NCBI GenBank assembly: GCA_963749495.1 | Contig: CAVVMW010000010.1 | Span: forward strand, 704,001 to 768,000 | Reading direction: 5' to 3' | Source: an uncultured bacterium | Lineage (GTDB): Bacteria; Verrucomicrobiota; Verrucomicrobiia; Limisphaerales; UBA8199 | Length of the DNA: 64,000 bases | In this document: positions 10,017-18,308 of the stretch, in pieces | How the letters are laid out: every line of letters starts with the position of its first letter | Numbering within the stretch: position 1 is the first letter of the stretch | Position numbers and translations under genes: made by a program | Notes under the pieces: generated by a model | The model's database searches: none | What the model saw: only the letters and a program-made list of their open reading frames with translations | What the model was told of the DNA's origin: nothing

Positions 10017-11771
10017 ATGGCCCATCCCCTCAACCCGCCGGCGCCGACGTCGGACGCGGAGTCCAAGCCGGCCGTCGTTTGGCCCTGCTACGAGCCCGCC
10101 CGGCCGGTTGAACTGAGCGAGCAGGACCTCTTGGAGCATGTCCTAATCCTGGGTTCAACCGGCAGCGGCAAGACCACGCTCCTGACAACGGCCTTCACCC
10201 AGCTCCTCGCCCGTTCGGCGGCCGACCTGTTGCTCAAAGCAGGCCTGCTGGTCCTCGACTCCAAGGCGGAACTGCTCCCATCGGTGCCCAGGGCGGCCCA
10301 GGCCGCCGGACGCCCCCACGACGTGGTCGTGTTCGGGCCCGAAGGCAACGCGTGCTACGACCTGTTCGGCCCGCTCAAGTCGTTTGAGGATGTTGAGACT
10401 GTGACCCAGCGGCTCCTCCTGGCCGTGCCGCCAATGGGGGGCGACAACGCCTATTGGCAGACCGCCACCACGACCATGGTGGCGGCCGCGTTGAGCCTGC
10501 TGGTGGCGACCCAGCCGGTCGTGACCTTCGACTTCGCGCTCCAGTTCCTGCGCGCCTGGTTCACCGGTCCGCACCGCCCGTTGCCCGAACTGGTCCAGGA
10601 GGTCGTGGCCAGGGCCAGGCAGCAGCTTCCATCCCCGGGCAAAGGAACCAAGGCGGCGCCGAATCACCAACTGCAAAGCGCACTCGACCAGGTTGGCTTG
10701 TTTCAAGACCTGGACCCGAAGACGCGCAGTAACTTGCAGTCGTGTCTGCTCAACGTCCTCAGGCCGCTGGGGTGCAGCGAAGCGGCCCGGTGCTTTGGAC
10801 AGGCGGGCCGGCCGCCTTTCGATCCGGGTGAAGCGGTGCGTGACGGGCTGATCTGTGTGGTCTCCATCAACGCGCTGACGCAGCCCGATTTGGCTCAGTT
10901 CCTGTTCCGGCTGGCCCGGCAGTCGTTTTTTGAGGCGGCGCAACGCCGGGGCAGCGGGCCCAACCGGCGGCTCTGCGGAGTCATCGCTGACGAACTCCCT
11001 GTGGTGGTGTGCCGCTCTGATCCGGCTCAGTTGGCCACGCTTCGAAGCCGTCGTTGTTTTGTTTTGTCAGCAACGCAAGGTCTGGCAGGCATAGACGCCC
11101 AGGTCGGGGAAAGGAGTCGGCAGGCGTTGGTGCAGCATTTCAACACGCTGGTCTTCCTGCGCAGCCGCGAACCCGAGACGGGGTGGCTGGCCGAACAGGC
11201 CCTCGGCCTGCGGGAAGAGCCGAGCCCGCCGCCGCAGGACACGACGCCTACCGGCGCACTGGCCCTGGCCCCCATCCCAAGGCGGCGGCAGGTCCACCGC
11301 GTCCCCGTTTGTCCGCTTGGGTCGCTCTACCGCTTGGGCGCCCACCAGGGGTATGTGCTTTACCCCGACGGCCATTGCACCGAGTTCCCGGTTTGGTTTG
11401 CGCCGTGGTTCGAAACCGCCCCCGAGCCGCAGCAGGCGCCCGAGACGTCGGTCGCGGTCCAACCGTGCCTCTTCGGCCCGGATCACCTTCGCGGGCTCAT
11501 GGCCCGGGCGGGCTACCGGGTGGTCTGCCTCCCGGAAGCAGTCCAGGCGGCGTTCGATCTGTGCCGGCCCAAGGAACGGAAAGGACGCCTTCTCGCGCGA
11601 GCGGCGCGTTTTTTCCGAACCCGGACCGGCTTGGTGCCGGCCGGCCTGGAGAGCTTGCCACGCTGTTGGCTGGCGGCCCTGCCGGCGGTCCTCTCTGGTT
11701 TTTGGGTTCGATGGCCAGCCGAGCCCCCATGCCCCATCGGCGCCCTTGCAGGTCCGGGCGTGGACGTATGA
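10017..11771 (+). CDS. Type IV coupling-protein-like (VirD4/TraD/TraM-recognition) P-loop ATPase
   Basis: HVLILGSTGSGKTT (Walker A), LLVLDSKAEL, VIADELP (Walker B), RSRRCFVLSATQGL and FNTLVFLRSREPET. Confidence 0.85.
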   Translation: MAHPLNPPAPTSDAESKPAVVWPCYEPARPVELSEQDLLEHVLILGSTGSGKTTLLTTAFTQLLARSAADLLLKAGLLVLDSKAELLPSVPRAAQAAGRPHDVVVFGPEGNACYDLFGPLKSFEDVETVTQRLLLAVPPMGGDNAYWQTATTTMVAAALSLLVATQPVVTFDFALQFLRAWFTGPHRPLPELVQEVVARARQQLPSPGKGTKAAPNHQLQSALDQVGLFQDLDPKTRSNLQSCLLNVLRPLGCSEAARCFGQAGRPPFDPGEAVRDGLICVVSINALTQPDLAQFLFRLARQSFFEAAQRRGSGPNRRLCGVIADELPVVVCRSDPAQLATLRSRRCFVLSATQGLAGIDAQVGERSRQALVQHFNTLVFLRSREPETGWLAEQALGLREEPSPPPQDTTPTGALALAPIPRRRQVHRVPVCPLGSLYRLGAHQGYVLYPDGHCTEFPVWFAPWFETAPEPQQAPETSVAVQPCLFGPDHLRGLMARAGYRVVCLPEAVQAAFDLCRPKERKGRLLARAARFFRTRTGLVPAGLESLPRCWLAALPAVLSGFWVRWPAEPPCPIGALAGPGVDV

Positions 11772-12148
11772 AGCCTGATATGATCCGCATCGAACACGAC
11801 TCCCGGCTCGACGCCGTTTGCAGCTCCTGGCGCGACCTGGAAAGGCCGTTCTTCAAGGCGAAAGTCCGGCCCGCCGCTCAAATCCCGCTCTATCTCGGTT
11901 CGGTGTGCCTGGGCGGTGAGGACCAAGACCAGGCTCTCAGCCTGGCCGCCGTGCTGGCCACGAGGCAGGGTGAGCCTGACTGGCGCCGGGGAGTTGGAAT
12001 CGTAGTCCCTCCGACTGGAGCCGATCAGAGCATTTTCGACTGCATGCTCAAGGCTGTCGACCTGGCACTGCGCGAAGGCCTCGTGGATGCCGGGGCCGCT
12101 GATCGGGCGCGACAGGAGATCCGGGACATGGCCGCGACAAGGAATTAA
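11768..12148 (+). CDS. Hypothetical protein
   Basis: ATG overlaps the ATPase stop (ATGA). 126 aa, similar to the next ORF. Confidence 0.6.
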   Translation: MKPDMIRIEHDSRLDAVCSSWRDLERPFFKAKVRPAAQIPLYLGSVCLGGEDQDQALSLAAVLATRQGEPDWRRGVGIVVPPTGADQSIFDCMLKAVDLALREGLVDAGAADRARQEIRDMAATRN

Positions 12149-12213
12149 CCCCTGCGCACCGGGTACAAGCCGAATGGTTTCTGGCACGTGACCTGGCAGG
12201 ACCCGGCCCTGAG

Positions 12214-12486
12214 TTGCGCACCACTCGTCGAGTGCTCAGGGCCATCCCTTTTCACCTCGCGTTCTTTGAACAGGAACTCACGTGGCTCGCGGTTGTCCTG
12301 GCCGATCCTCGGGGCGACAAGTGGCGCATCGGCGTCCTCGTCTATGTGTCGGACTCCGAGCAGACCGTCTTGCAAGTGGGATTGCTCCTCGAAGTCATCG
12401 AACTAGCGAAGGTCAAGGGGTTCATAACGGCGGCGCAAGCACGCGCAGCCGGGGCGCAGCTCTGGCACAGGAAGAACCTGGGGTGA
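12214..12486 (+). CDS. Hypothetical protein (paralog of 11768-12148; start uncertain)
   Basis: LAVVLADPRGDKWRIGV..LEVIELAKVKGFITAAQARAA aligns by eye with LAAVLATRQGEPDWRRGV..LKAVDLALREGLVDAGAADRA. Confidence 0.5.
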   Translation: MRTTRRVLRAIPFHLAFFEQELTWLAVVLADPRGDKWRIGVLVYVSDSEQTVLQVGLLLEVIELAKVKGFITAAQARAAGAQLWHRKNLG

Positions 12487-12596
12487 GGCATACCCTTCGA
12501 CGCCAAGAGGATTTCGCACCGGCCACAGAGACGTCCGGACGCCTCCAGCCTTGCGGGCGGCTCTCGTTAAACGCCGGCACACAAAAAACCAAAAAG

Positions 12597-13205
12597 ATGA
12601 AGACCAAGAGCCCCGCAGATGGCTTTGTGAATGACCCCCGCTTAATCACGGTGCTGAGCCTCAATACTCACTGGGTCGCCCGTTGCCCGGTTCGTTTGCC
12701 CGAGCCGTTGGTTCATGCCCAACTCCGCCGCCTGCTCCAGCGAGGCGGCGGTGAAGTTCCGGGCAGCTTCGGGTTCAGGGCACACATCGCGCTCGCAGGC
12801 GCTTCCGCTCAGATCCGCGTTTCTTCTCGCCAGCGCGAGATGTTCACCTCCGGCATCGCCTGGGCGGGGGATGACTGGGCGGCCGAGCTGTGGAGGGGCC
12901 TGCTCGCCCGTTCCTGGGAGATGTGCCCATCGGAGGAGCCGCGCTGGGTCCCTGCGCCGCCACTGCCGTGGATGGTGACGCTCTACTCGCCGTTCTTCGA
13001 GAGGCTTCCGCTGGCCGAGGGGGTGGCGCTGGCGGTGTTTCAGCGGTCTCTGTCGAGCGTGCTACTTTGCCGGCACCTGCCTCGAAGGGAGGCCGCCCAG
13101 CTCCCTTCATCCGCTCCCTCAGGGGAAATCGAAGGCGCTCACAATTCGTCGGACGACCACAAGGCTGAATTCGGAGAGGCAGAACCCCAGAGAGTAACGA
13201 CATGA
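12597..13205 (+). CDS. Hypothetical protein
   Basis: ATG follows an A-rich leader. 202-aa ORF co-oriented within the island. Confidence 0.55.
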   Translation: MKTKSPADGFVNDPRLITVLSLNTHWVARCPVRLPEPLVHAQLRRLLQRGGGEVPGSFGFRAHIALAGASAQIRVSSRQREMFTSGIAWAGDDWAAELWRGLLARSWEMCPSEEPRWVPAPPLPWMVTLYSPFFERLPLAEGVALAVFQRSLSSVLLCRHLPRREAAQLPSSAPSGEIEGAHNSSDDHKAEFGEAEPQRVTT

Positions 13206-13221
13206 AAGGAGAGCCATCCCA

Positions 13222-13659
13222 ATGTTGTTCAACTTTCCGATCCGTTTGCGAGACGAACCCGCCCAGGCCGCCAGTGTTATCCTGGCCGTCCATGGACGGT
13301 TTCTCGACTCGGCAGGGCCCGGGGCGCTCGCCGTGACCCTCAACTACTCGGACCGTCGCGCCTGGTGGACGAACGAGGGGTTGATCCTCGATCATCCCGT
13401 CGCGATCCAATTTGATGCTCATACCCAGCGGCTTCTGGATCGGTTCATTCCCGAGGAGTTGCCCGACGCCGCGAGGAAGGTCTTGGAGGCGATTTCACGA
13501 GCAGGCGCCGAAGCCGCTGTCCAGCGTTGCAACCTCTGCCACGCCATCTTCCCAGCCGGCCGGGCGGTGGTCCACGCAATCTGTGTTTGCCCAGGCTGTG
13601 ACTGCAGCGGGCGCTTCAGCCTGGACGGCCAAGAGTCCCCTTTCGGGCCGCATGCGTGA
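13222..13659 (+). CDS. Hypothetical protein with C-terminal Zn-ribbon
   Basis: RBS AAAGGAGAG upstream. CNLC..CVCPGC cysteine pattern. Confidence 0.6.
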   Translation: MLFNFPIRLRDEPAQAASVILAVHGRFLDSAGPGALAVTLNYSDRRAWWTNEGLILDHPVAIQFDAHTQRLLDRFIPEELPDAARKVLEAISRAGAEAAVQRCNLCHAIFPAGRAVVHAICVCPGCDCSGRFSLDGQESPFGPHA

Positions 13660-13787
13660 CGAGTAGACGAGGGCGAGCACATGTCGGCCATTCGATGCCT
13701 TCCCCGACGCCTGGATAGCCGGCACCGGGAACACCCGGGAGCTGGACCGAGTTCAGGCACAAAAAGATCCGCGCCAAAGTAAGAGTT

Positions 13788-14030
13788 ATGAGCATCGTCA
13801 CGGGACATCCCGCGCGCGTGAAGATAAGCCTGATCCTGGACGATTGGGAACTTCCAGCCGATCAGCTTGGCCCCAACTTCCTCCTGCTGAAAGCCCCGGT
13901 CGGCACAAAGCCCGTCCATGGAAGGCTGATCATCGAGGTGAACGGCGTGGGGCGCGCCTGGAACGTCGAACTCCCCGATGGCCTCCCTGTCAAGTCTCCT
14001 CGGGTCCGCATACGGGCCATGCCTGATTAG
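13788..14030 (+). CDS. Small conserved hypothetical protein of PVC-group bacteria
   Basis: GHPARVKISL..QLGPNFLLL..W.V.LPDGL resembles a small beta-rich PVC family (recalled, not searched). Confidence 0.6.
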   Translation: MSIVTGHPARVKISLILDDWELPADQLGPNFLLLKAPVGTKPVHGRLIIEVNGVGRAWNVELPDGLPVKSPRVRIRAMPD

Positions 14031-14088
14031 CCACGCCGCACTGATGCGCGCCAGACACCAAACACAAGCACACAGGCAAGTGTAGCCC

Positions 14089-14461
14089 ATGAAGAAGATC
14101 GTCCTCATTTGAGGATCAACCCCAGGTTCGGCGAGTGATGCAGCGCATTCTTGAAGAGGAGGGCTACGAAGTCTTCGCCGCCACCGACATCTCAACGGCA
14201 AAGCGGCTTCTGCTTTCTGGGCCGGTCAACCTGTTTCTATCGGACATTGACCTGCCCGACGGCAACGGCCTGGAACTCTGCCGTTGGACCTGCGGCCAGC
14301 AAGCACTGCAGGCCACCAAGGTCATTCTCTGCTCCGGGAGGCTGGGGCCGGACCTGGAGCGGCAGGCACTCGAGGCGGGAGCAGTCGGCTTCATCGCCAA
14401 GCCCTTTGGCCTGGATCAATTCAGGGCGGCCATTCGCTCCCACGCGCCACCGGAGCCCTGA
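14089..14461 (+). CDS. Single-domain response regulator (receiver), +1 frameshift at about 14110
   Basis: MKKIVLI/EDQPQVRRVMQRILEEEGYEV..LFLSDIDLPDGNGLEL..FIAKPF. One extra T in ATTTGAG. Confidence 0.85.
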
Positions 14462-14562
14462 GGTGGTGCCGCAATTCATTCCGGCCCTGAAAATCCTGAA
14501 CCGCTACCCGTTGACCGTGGGAGCAAGACCGGCCGAGGACCGGCACCGTTACCAAAGGAGCA

Positions 14563-14670
14563 ATGGACGAGACCATGGAACCCGATCCGACAGAGGGAGC
14601 CAGGCGAAGGCTCCTGGCCCAAATCAACTCTCACGCGCTGAACCGTTCCGGCTTGGAGGCGCGTCATGGC
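14563..14670 (+). pseudogene. N-terminal fragment of a small PVC mobile-element protein
   Basis: RBS AAGGAG, then DPTEGARRRLLAQINSHALNRSGLEARHG. It ends abruptly where the TPR gene body begins in another frame. Confidence 0.5.
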
Positions 14671-15964
14671 CCACGTCTACGTCGAGTTGGGCGACACCGA
14701 CAAGGCCAAACCCATCCTGCTCCAGGTCCTGTATTGCGATCCGGAGGACGTCTGGGCCTTGCGTGCCCTGGCAAATGTCTGGTGCCGCCAGGGCAATTAC
14801 CCGCGCGCCGAGCACCTCCTGCGTCTGGCGCTGGCCCTCGAACCGGCGGACGCCAATGCGCTCAATAATATGGGCGTGGTGTGTTCCGAAATGGGGCGCA
14901 AGGACGAAGCCGCCAGGCTCTTCCGGGAGTCGCTCCGCAACGATCCCGGCCTGCCCAATCCCTACCTCGGCCTGGCCCGAGAGTTGGCGCGGGCGCATCG
15001 TTGTGAGGAGGCCTTGAGCGTTGTCGGGGACCTCTTCGCCAAGGCGAAACGGCCCGGCCCGGAATTGGAGGATATCCTCGCGTGCGTCAGGCACCTCCAT
15101 TCGCACTGCCACAGCCACCTGCTGGATCGGAACCGCTTGGCGGTCGACAAAGCGGTCCAAAAGCTTCACACCGAAACCGAGTGGCTTACTGGCGCGCCGG
15201 TCCGGATCGCCGTCGAAGACGAAGGAAGCCTGCCCTGCCCCGGAGTGGCCGAACCGGTTTGGGACCATGGCCGGGACCATCATCTGGTGAGATGCCTGAG
15301 CAGCCATCCTAATCCGTTCCGGCCGCACCTCGTTGCGAAAGCGTTGCTCCGAATCCAGGCTGAATGGGAGGCGCGCAATGCAGGCAAGAGGCGCGTCCTC
15401 TATATCTCGCCCGAGCAACAGCGTGACTTGCTTGAGCTTCTTGGGCACAGCGGCAGTGGCCGGGGCAGTCAGGGAACGGACTCCGAGCGGGTTGCCAGGA
15501 GGATGGGCGCCACAATCCGGGCACTATGTCAGGGGTTGTTGGGCTCTGCGGCCAATATGCAGGTCGAGACGAGGCTTAAGCGCGCCATTCCGGTGCTACG
15601 ATCTCCGCAGTTTTGCTCTCTGTCGGCCATGGCGGCGGCGAATCAGGGGAATTGGGAAACCCTTGAGCGGTTTGGCCTGATGCCTCCCCGTCTGGCGCGC
15701 ATCTGCACCGGATTGCACGGGCTGACGTCGCTCTTCCTGGACTGGCTGTTCGATGGCGTCACCGACTACGCCGCCCAGTATAGCGGCCTGGACGGATTCG
15801 ACCTCTCCCGCAGGCTCTGGCAGCACTATCAGGACAGGTTGCCGGGCTTGAAGCCGGGAGACCAGTTCGACCTGGCCGACGAGTTCGCCGAAATCGTCGG
15901 GCTGGCGGGCCGGTATGAGTGGCGCATGGATCCCGTCGGCGTCGCAGAGAGTTTTGCGGCCTGA
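14666..15964 (+). pseudogene. TPR-repeat protein with C-terminal helical domain, 5'-truncated (paralog of 29474-31105)
   Basis: TPR motifs (DPEDVWALRALAN, EPADANALNNMG, DPGLPNPYLGLA). Shares W.HGRDHHLV and FDLS.RL with the paralog but lacks about 110 N-terminal residues. Confidence 0.8.
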
Positions 15965-16190
15965 TTCCCCTCCCAAGGCGGAGACGGCTTGGGGTCGTCT
16001 GGACCGGTGCGGAGCCAATCCGTATGAGCAAGCGCTGGCCACATTGCCCTTTGCGCCGGAGAACAGCCGGGGACAGGTCCGGAGGCTGGAAGCTGGTGCT
16101 CGCCCCGCCCATTCCGGCTCCGCCCAGGAAAGCAAGCGAGCCGAAGCCAAATGTCCGGCAAACATTGAATCCAAGAAAAGAGACCGCTCC

Positions 16191-16844
16191 ATGAGATCCG
16201 ACGATACCCCATCCCAACCTCGCCCTGACCCTGACATTCCTCCTTGCCCGCCGCCGCCGCCGCAGGCCGAACTCAGTTCTCTACTGGGTGTCGTCCAGGA
16301 GCACGTGGAATCAGCAATGCACAAGGACGGACGACTGATGCCAATGCTCTTCACCGCCTCGCCTGATGGCGTGTATTTGTTCGAAACGGAGCCGCTGGGC
16401 AACGGGGCGGAGGCGAAGCAGTTCGCGATGACTGTCCGACTCATCCGCGCGGCCCAGGCCGCCCGCGCGGCGGTCGTGGTCGTGGAGGCGTGGGTGGTCC
16501 AGACCCAGCCGCGAAAATGCCTCCCTTGGGATTCATCTTCACCAAAGTCGCCTCGTGGTGGGGACTACGTTGTGCTCACCGGCGAGGCCGCCGATGGAAC
16601 TTACAAGCGGTGCTTGATGCCCATTTTCCGCAACCCGCACGGCCACTTCTCGGCGTTGGGACAGGCCGTGGCGCCGCCTGCCCAACCGACTGAGCCTTTC
16701 TTGGCTCGGGTGTTGCCAGAGGGGCCGCTTACGCCAGAGGTTCGCGCCTTCGCCAAGTCCTTGCTCAAGGACAGCATTCACCTGACAGACGCCGCTGTGT
16801 CAACGGGGCAGGATACCGGGGAGGGCTCTAATTCGTGCAACTGA
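16191..16844 (+). CDS. Hypothetical protein (paralog of 28777-29385)
   Basis: Shared motifs ASPDG, VEAWV, VLTGEA, PI.R...GHFS.LG and TPEVRAFA. Confidence 0.75.
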   Translation: MRSDDTPSQPRPDPDIPPCPPPPPQAELSSLLGVVQEHVESAMHKDGRLMPMLFTASPDGVYLFETEPLGNGAEAKQFAMTVRLIRAAQAARAAVVVVEAWVVQTQPRKCLPWDSSSPKSPRGGDYVVLTGEAADGTYKRCLMPIFRNPHGHFSALGQAVAPPAQPTEPFLARVLPEGPLTPEVRAFAKSLLKDSIHLTDAAVSTGQDTGEGSNSCN

Positions 16845-16906
16845 GCGGATCACTGTCCGCCTCGGCCGAGTCTGCCGCGAAACATCAAGAGAGCAACCCT
16901 GATTTT

Positions 16907-17352
16907 ATGCCACGACAAATGAATTACCGGCTGGAGGCGAAGAACTGCCTGGATGGAATGCAGGAACTGGCGGCCGAATCGGTGGACGTGGTCGTCACGT
17001 CCCCTCCTTACAACCTGGGTGTGGACTACGGAACGTACAAGGATGACCTGCCCGAAGACCAGTATCTGCGATGGTCGCGGCAGTGGATGGGGGAGGTGTT
17101 TCGAGTTCTCAAAGCCAAAGGGAGTTTGTTTTGGGAAAGGACTTGGCCAGGAACTGTATCCTGATCCATGGCGCGCGCAGAGACCTTGTCGTGCTCGATC
17201 CGTTCCTCGGCATCGGCTCTTCGGCTCTGGCCGCCCTGGATTGCGGAGTCGAGACCTTCATCGGGTTCGATCTCGATGAGGAGTATGTGCGAATCGCCAA
17301 GGCCGCTCTCAACAACGCCACTCCACCGCTGTTCGGGCCTGAGGCATTCTGA
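16907..17352 (+). pseudogene. Beta-class N4/N6 DNA methyltransferase with internal deletion at about 17133
   Basis: VVTSPPYN catalytic motif and EVFRVLKAKGSLF are fused out of frame to VVLDPFLGIGSS..GFDLDEEY (SAM motif). The central region is missing. Confidence 0.85.
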
Positions 17353-17622
17353 CCTCGCCCAGGCAGGGTGATGCGGCACTTCGGGGACTTTGCAACGTCC
17401 AAAAACGGTGCCGAAGACGGACTCGACGGAGCACACTGCCCGCCACCAACCAGCCTGGAGCCAAGCGGCAAAAACACCAGCGCCGCCCGAAAACCGGCTG
17501 ACGGTTTTCCTTGCTCATGTTCATCCGCAGGGACATAATCCGCGTTTAGTTGCCTCCACGAGCCGCCGACTCATTTCTTTCGGCTGGCAACCCGCGTGCA
17601 AGGAACCCTGGAGTGGGAGCAC

Positions 17623-18183
17623 ATGAATGTTGCGAAAAGTCAGGCCCCCATGGAGGGAGGCGAACTGCGGCCCGCGGAAGAACTGCTACCGCTGGTTTAC
17701 GAGGAGTTGCGCAAACTCGCGGCGCACAAGATGGCCCAACAGGCGCCCGGCCAAACCCTGCAGCCCACCGCGCTGGTGCATGAGGCGTGGCTGAGGCTGG
17801 CGGGCAGCGGCCGGGAGCAGTATGGGGGCCGCGCTCACTTCTTTGCCGCAGCCGCGGAAGCCATGCGGCAGATCCTCATCGACAAGGCCCGCCGCAAGAG
17901 CACTCTGAAACGCGGTGGTAATCAACCGCTCGAGGAGTTGCACGAGTCCCGGATCGAACTCCGCGCGCCTCCCGACGAGTTCCTGGCGGTACATGAAGCC
18001 TTGGATCAACTGGCCGCCGAGGATTCAATGGCCGCGGATGTGGTCAAGTTGCGGTATTTCGTGGGGATGACCATCCCCGAGATAGCGGAGGCTCTCCAGA
18101 TTGCGCCTCGGACGGCGGACCGGCACTGGCTGTTCGCCCGGGCATGGCTGAGACGGGCCATCTGGGGCGACACGCGCGGTTAA
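17623..18183 (+). CDS. ECF sigma-70 factor (TIGR02999-type)
   Basis: LLPLVYEELRKLAA..QTLQPTALVHEAWLRL..VVKLRYFVGMTIPEIAEAL..WLFARAWL. Confidence 0.95.
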   Translation: MNVAKSQAPMEGGELRPAEELLPLVYEELRKLAAHKMAQQAPGQTLQPTALVHEAWLRLAGSGREQYGGRAHFFAAAAEAMRQILIDKARRKSTLKRGGNQPLEELHESRIELRAPPDEFLAVHEALDQLAAEDSMAADVVKLRYFVGMTIPEIAEALQIAPRTADRHWLFARAWLRRAIWGDTRG

Positions 18184-18308
18184 GGGCCTGTACCACAGCA
18201 AAGGCCGGGTTTGAGGGGCCATTCCGAGGTTCTGAAGCAGCGCTCTTCAGCAAATTGAGTGGCGTGTTTTGGATGCGGTTTGCGTTTTGTAGAGTGAAGC
18301 ACTGATTT

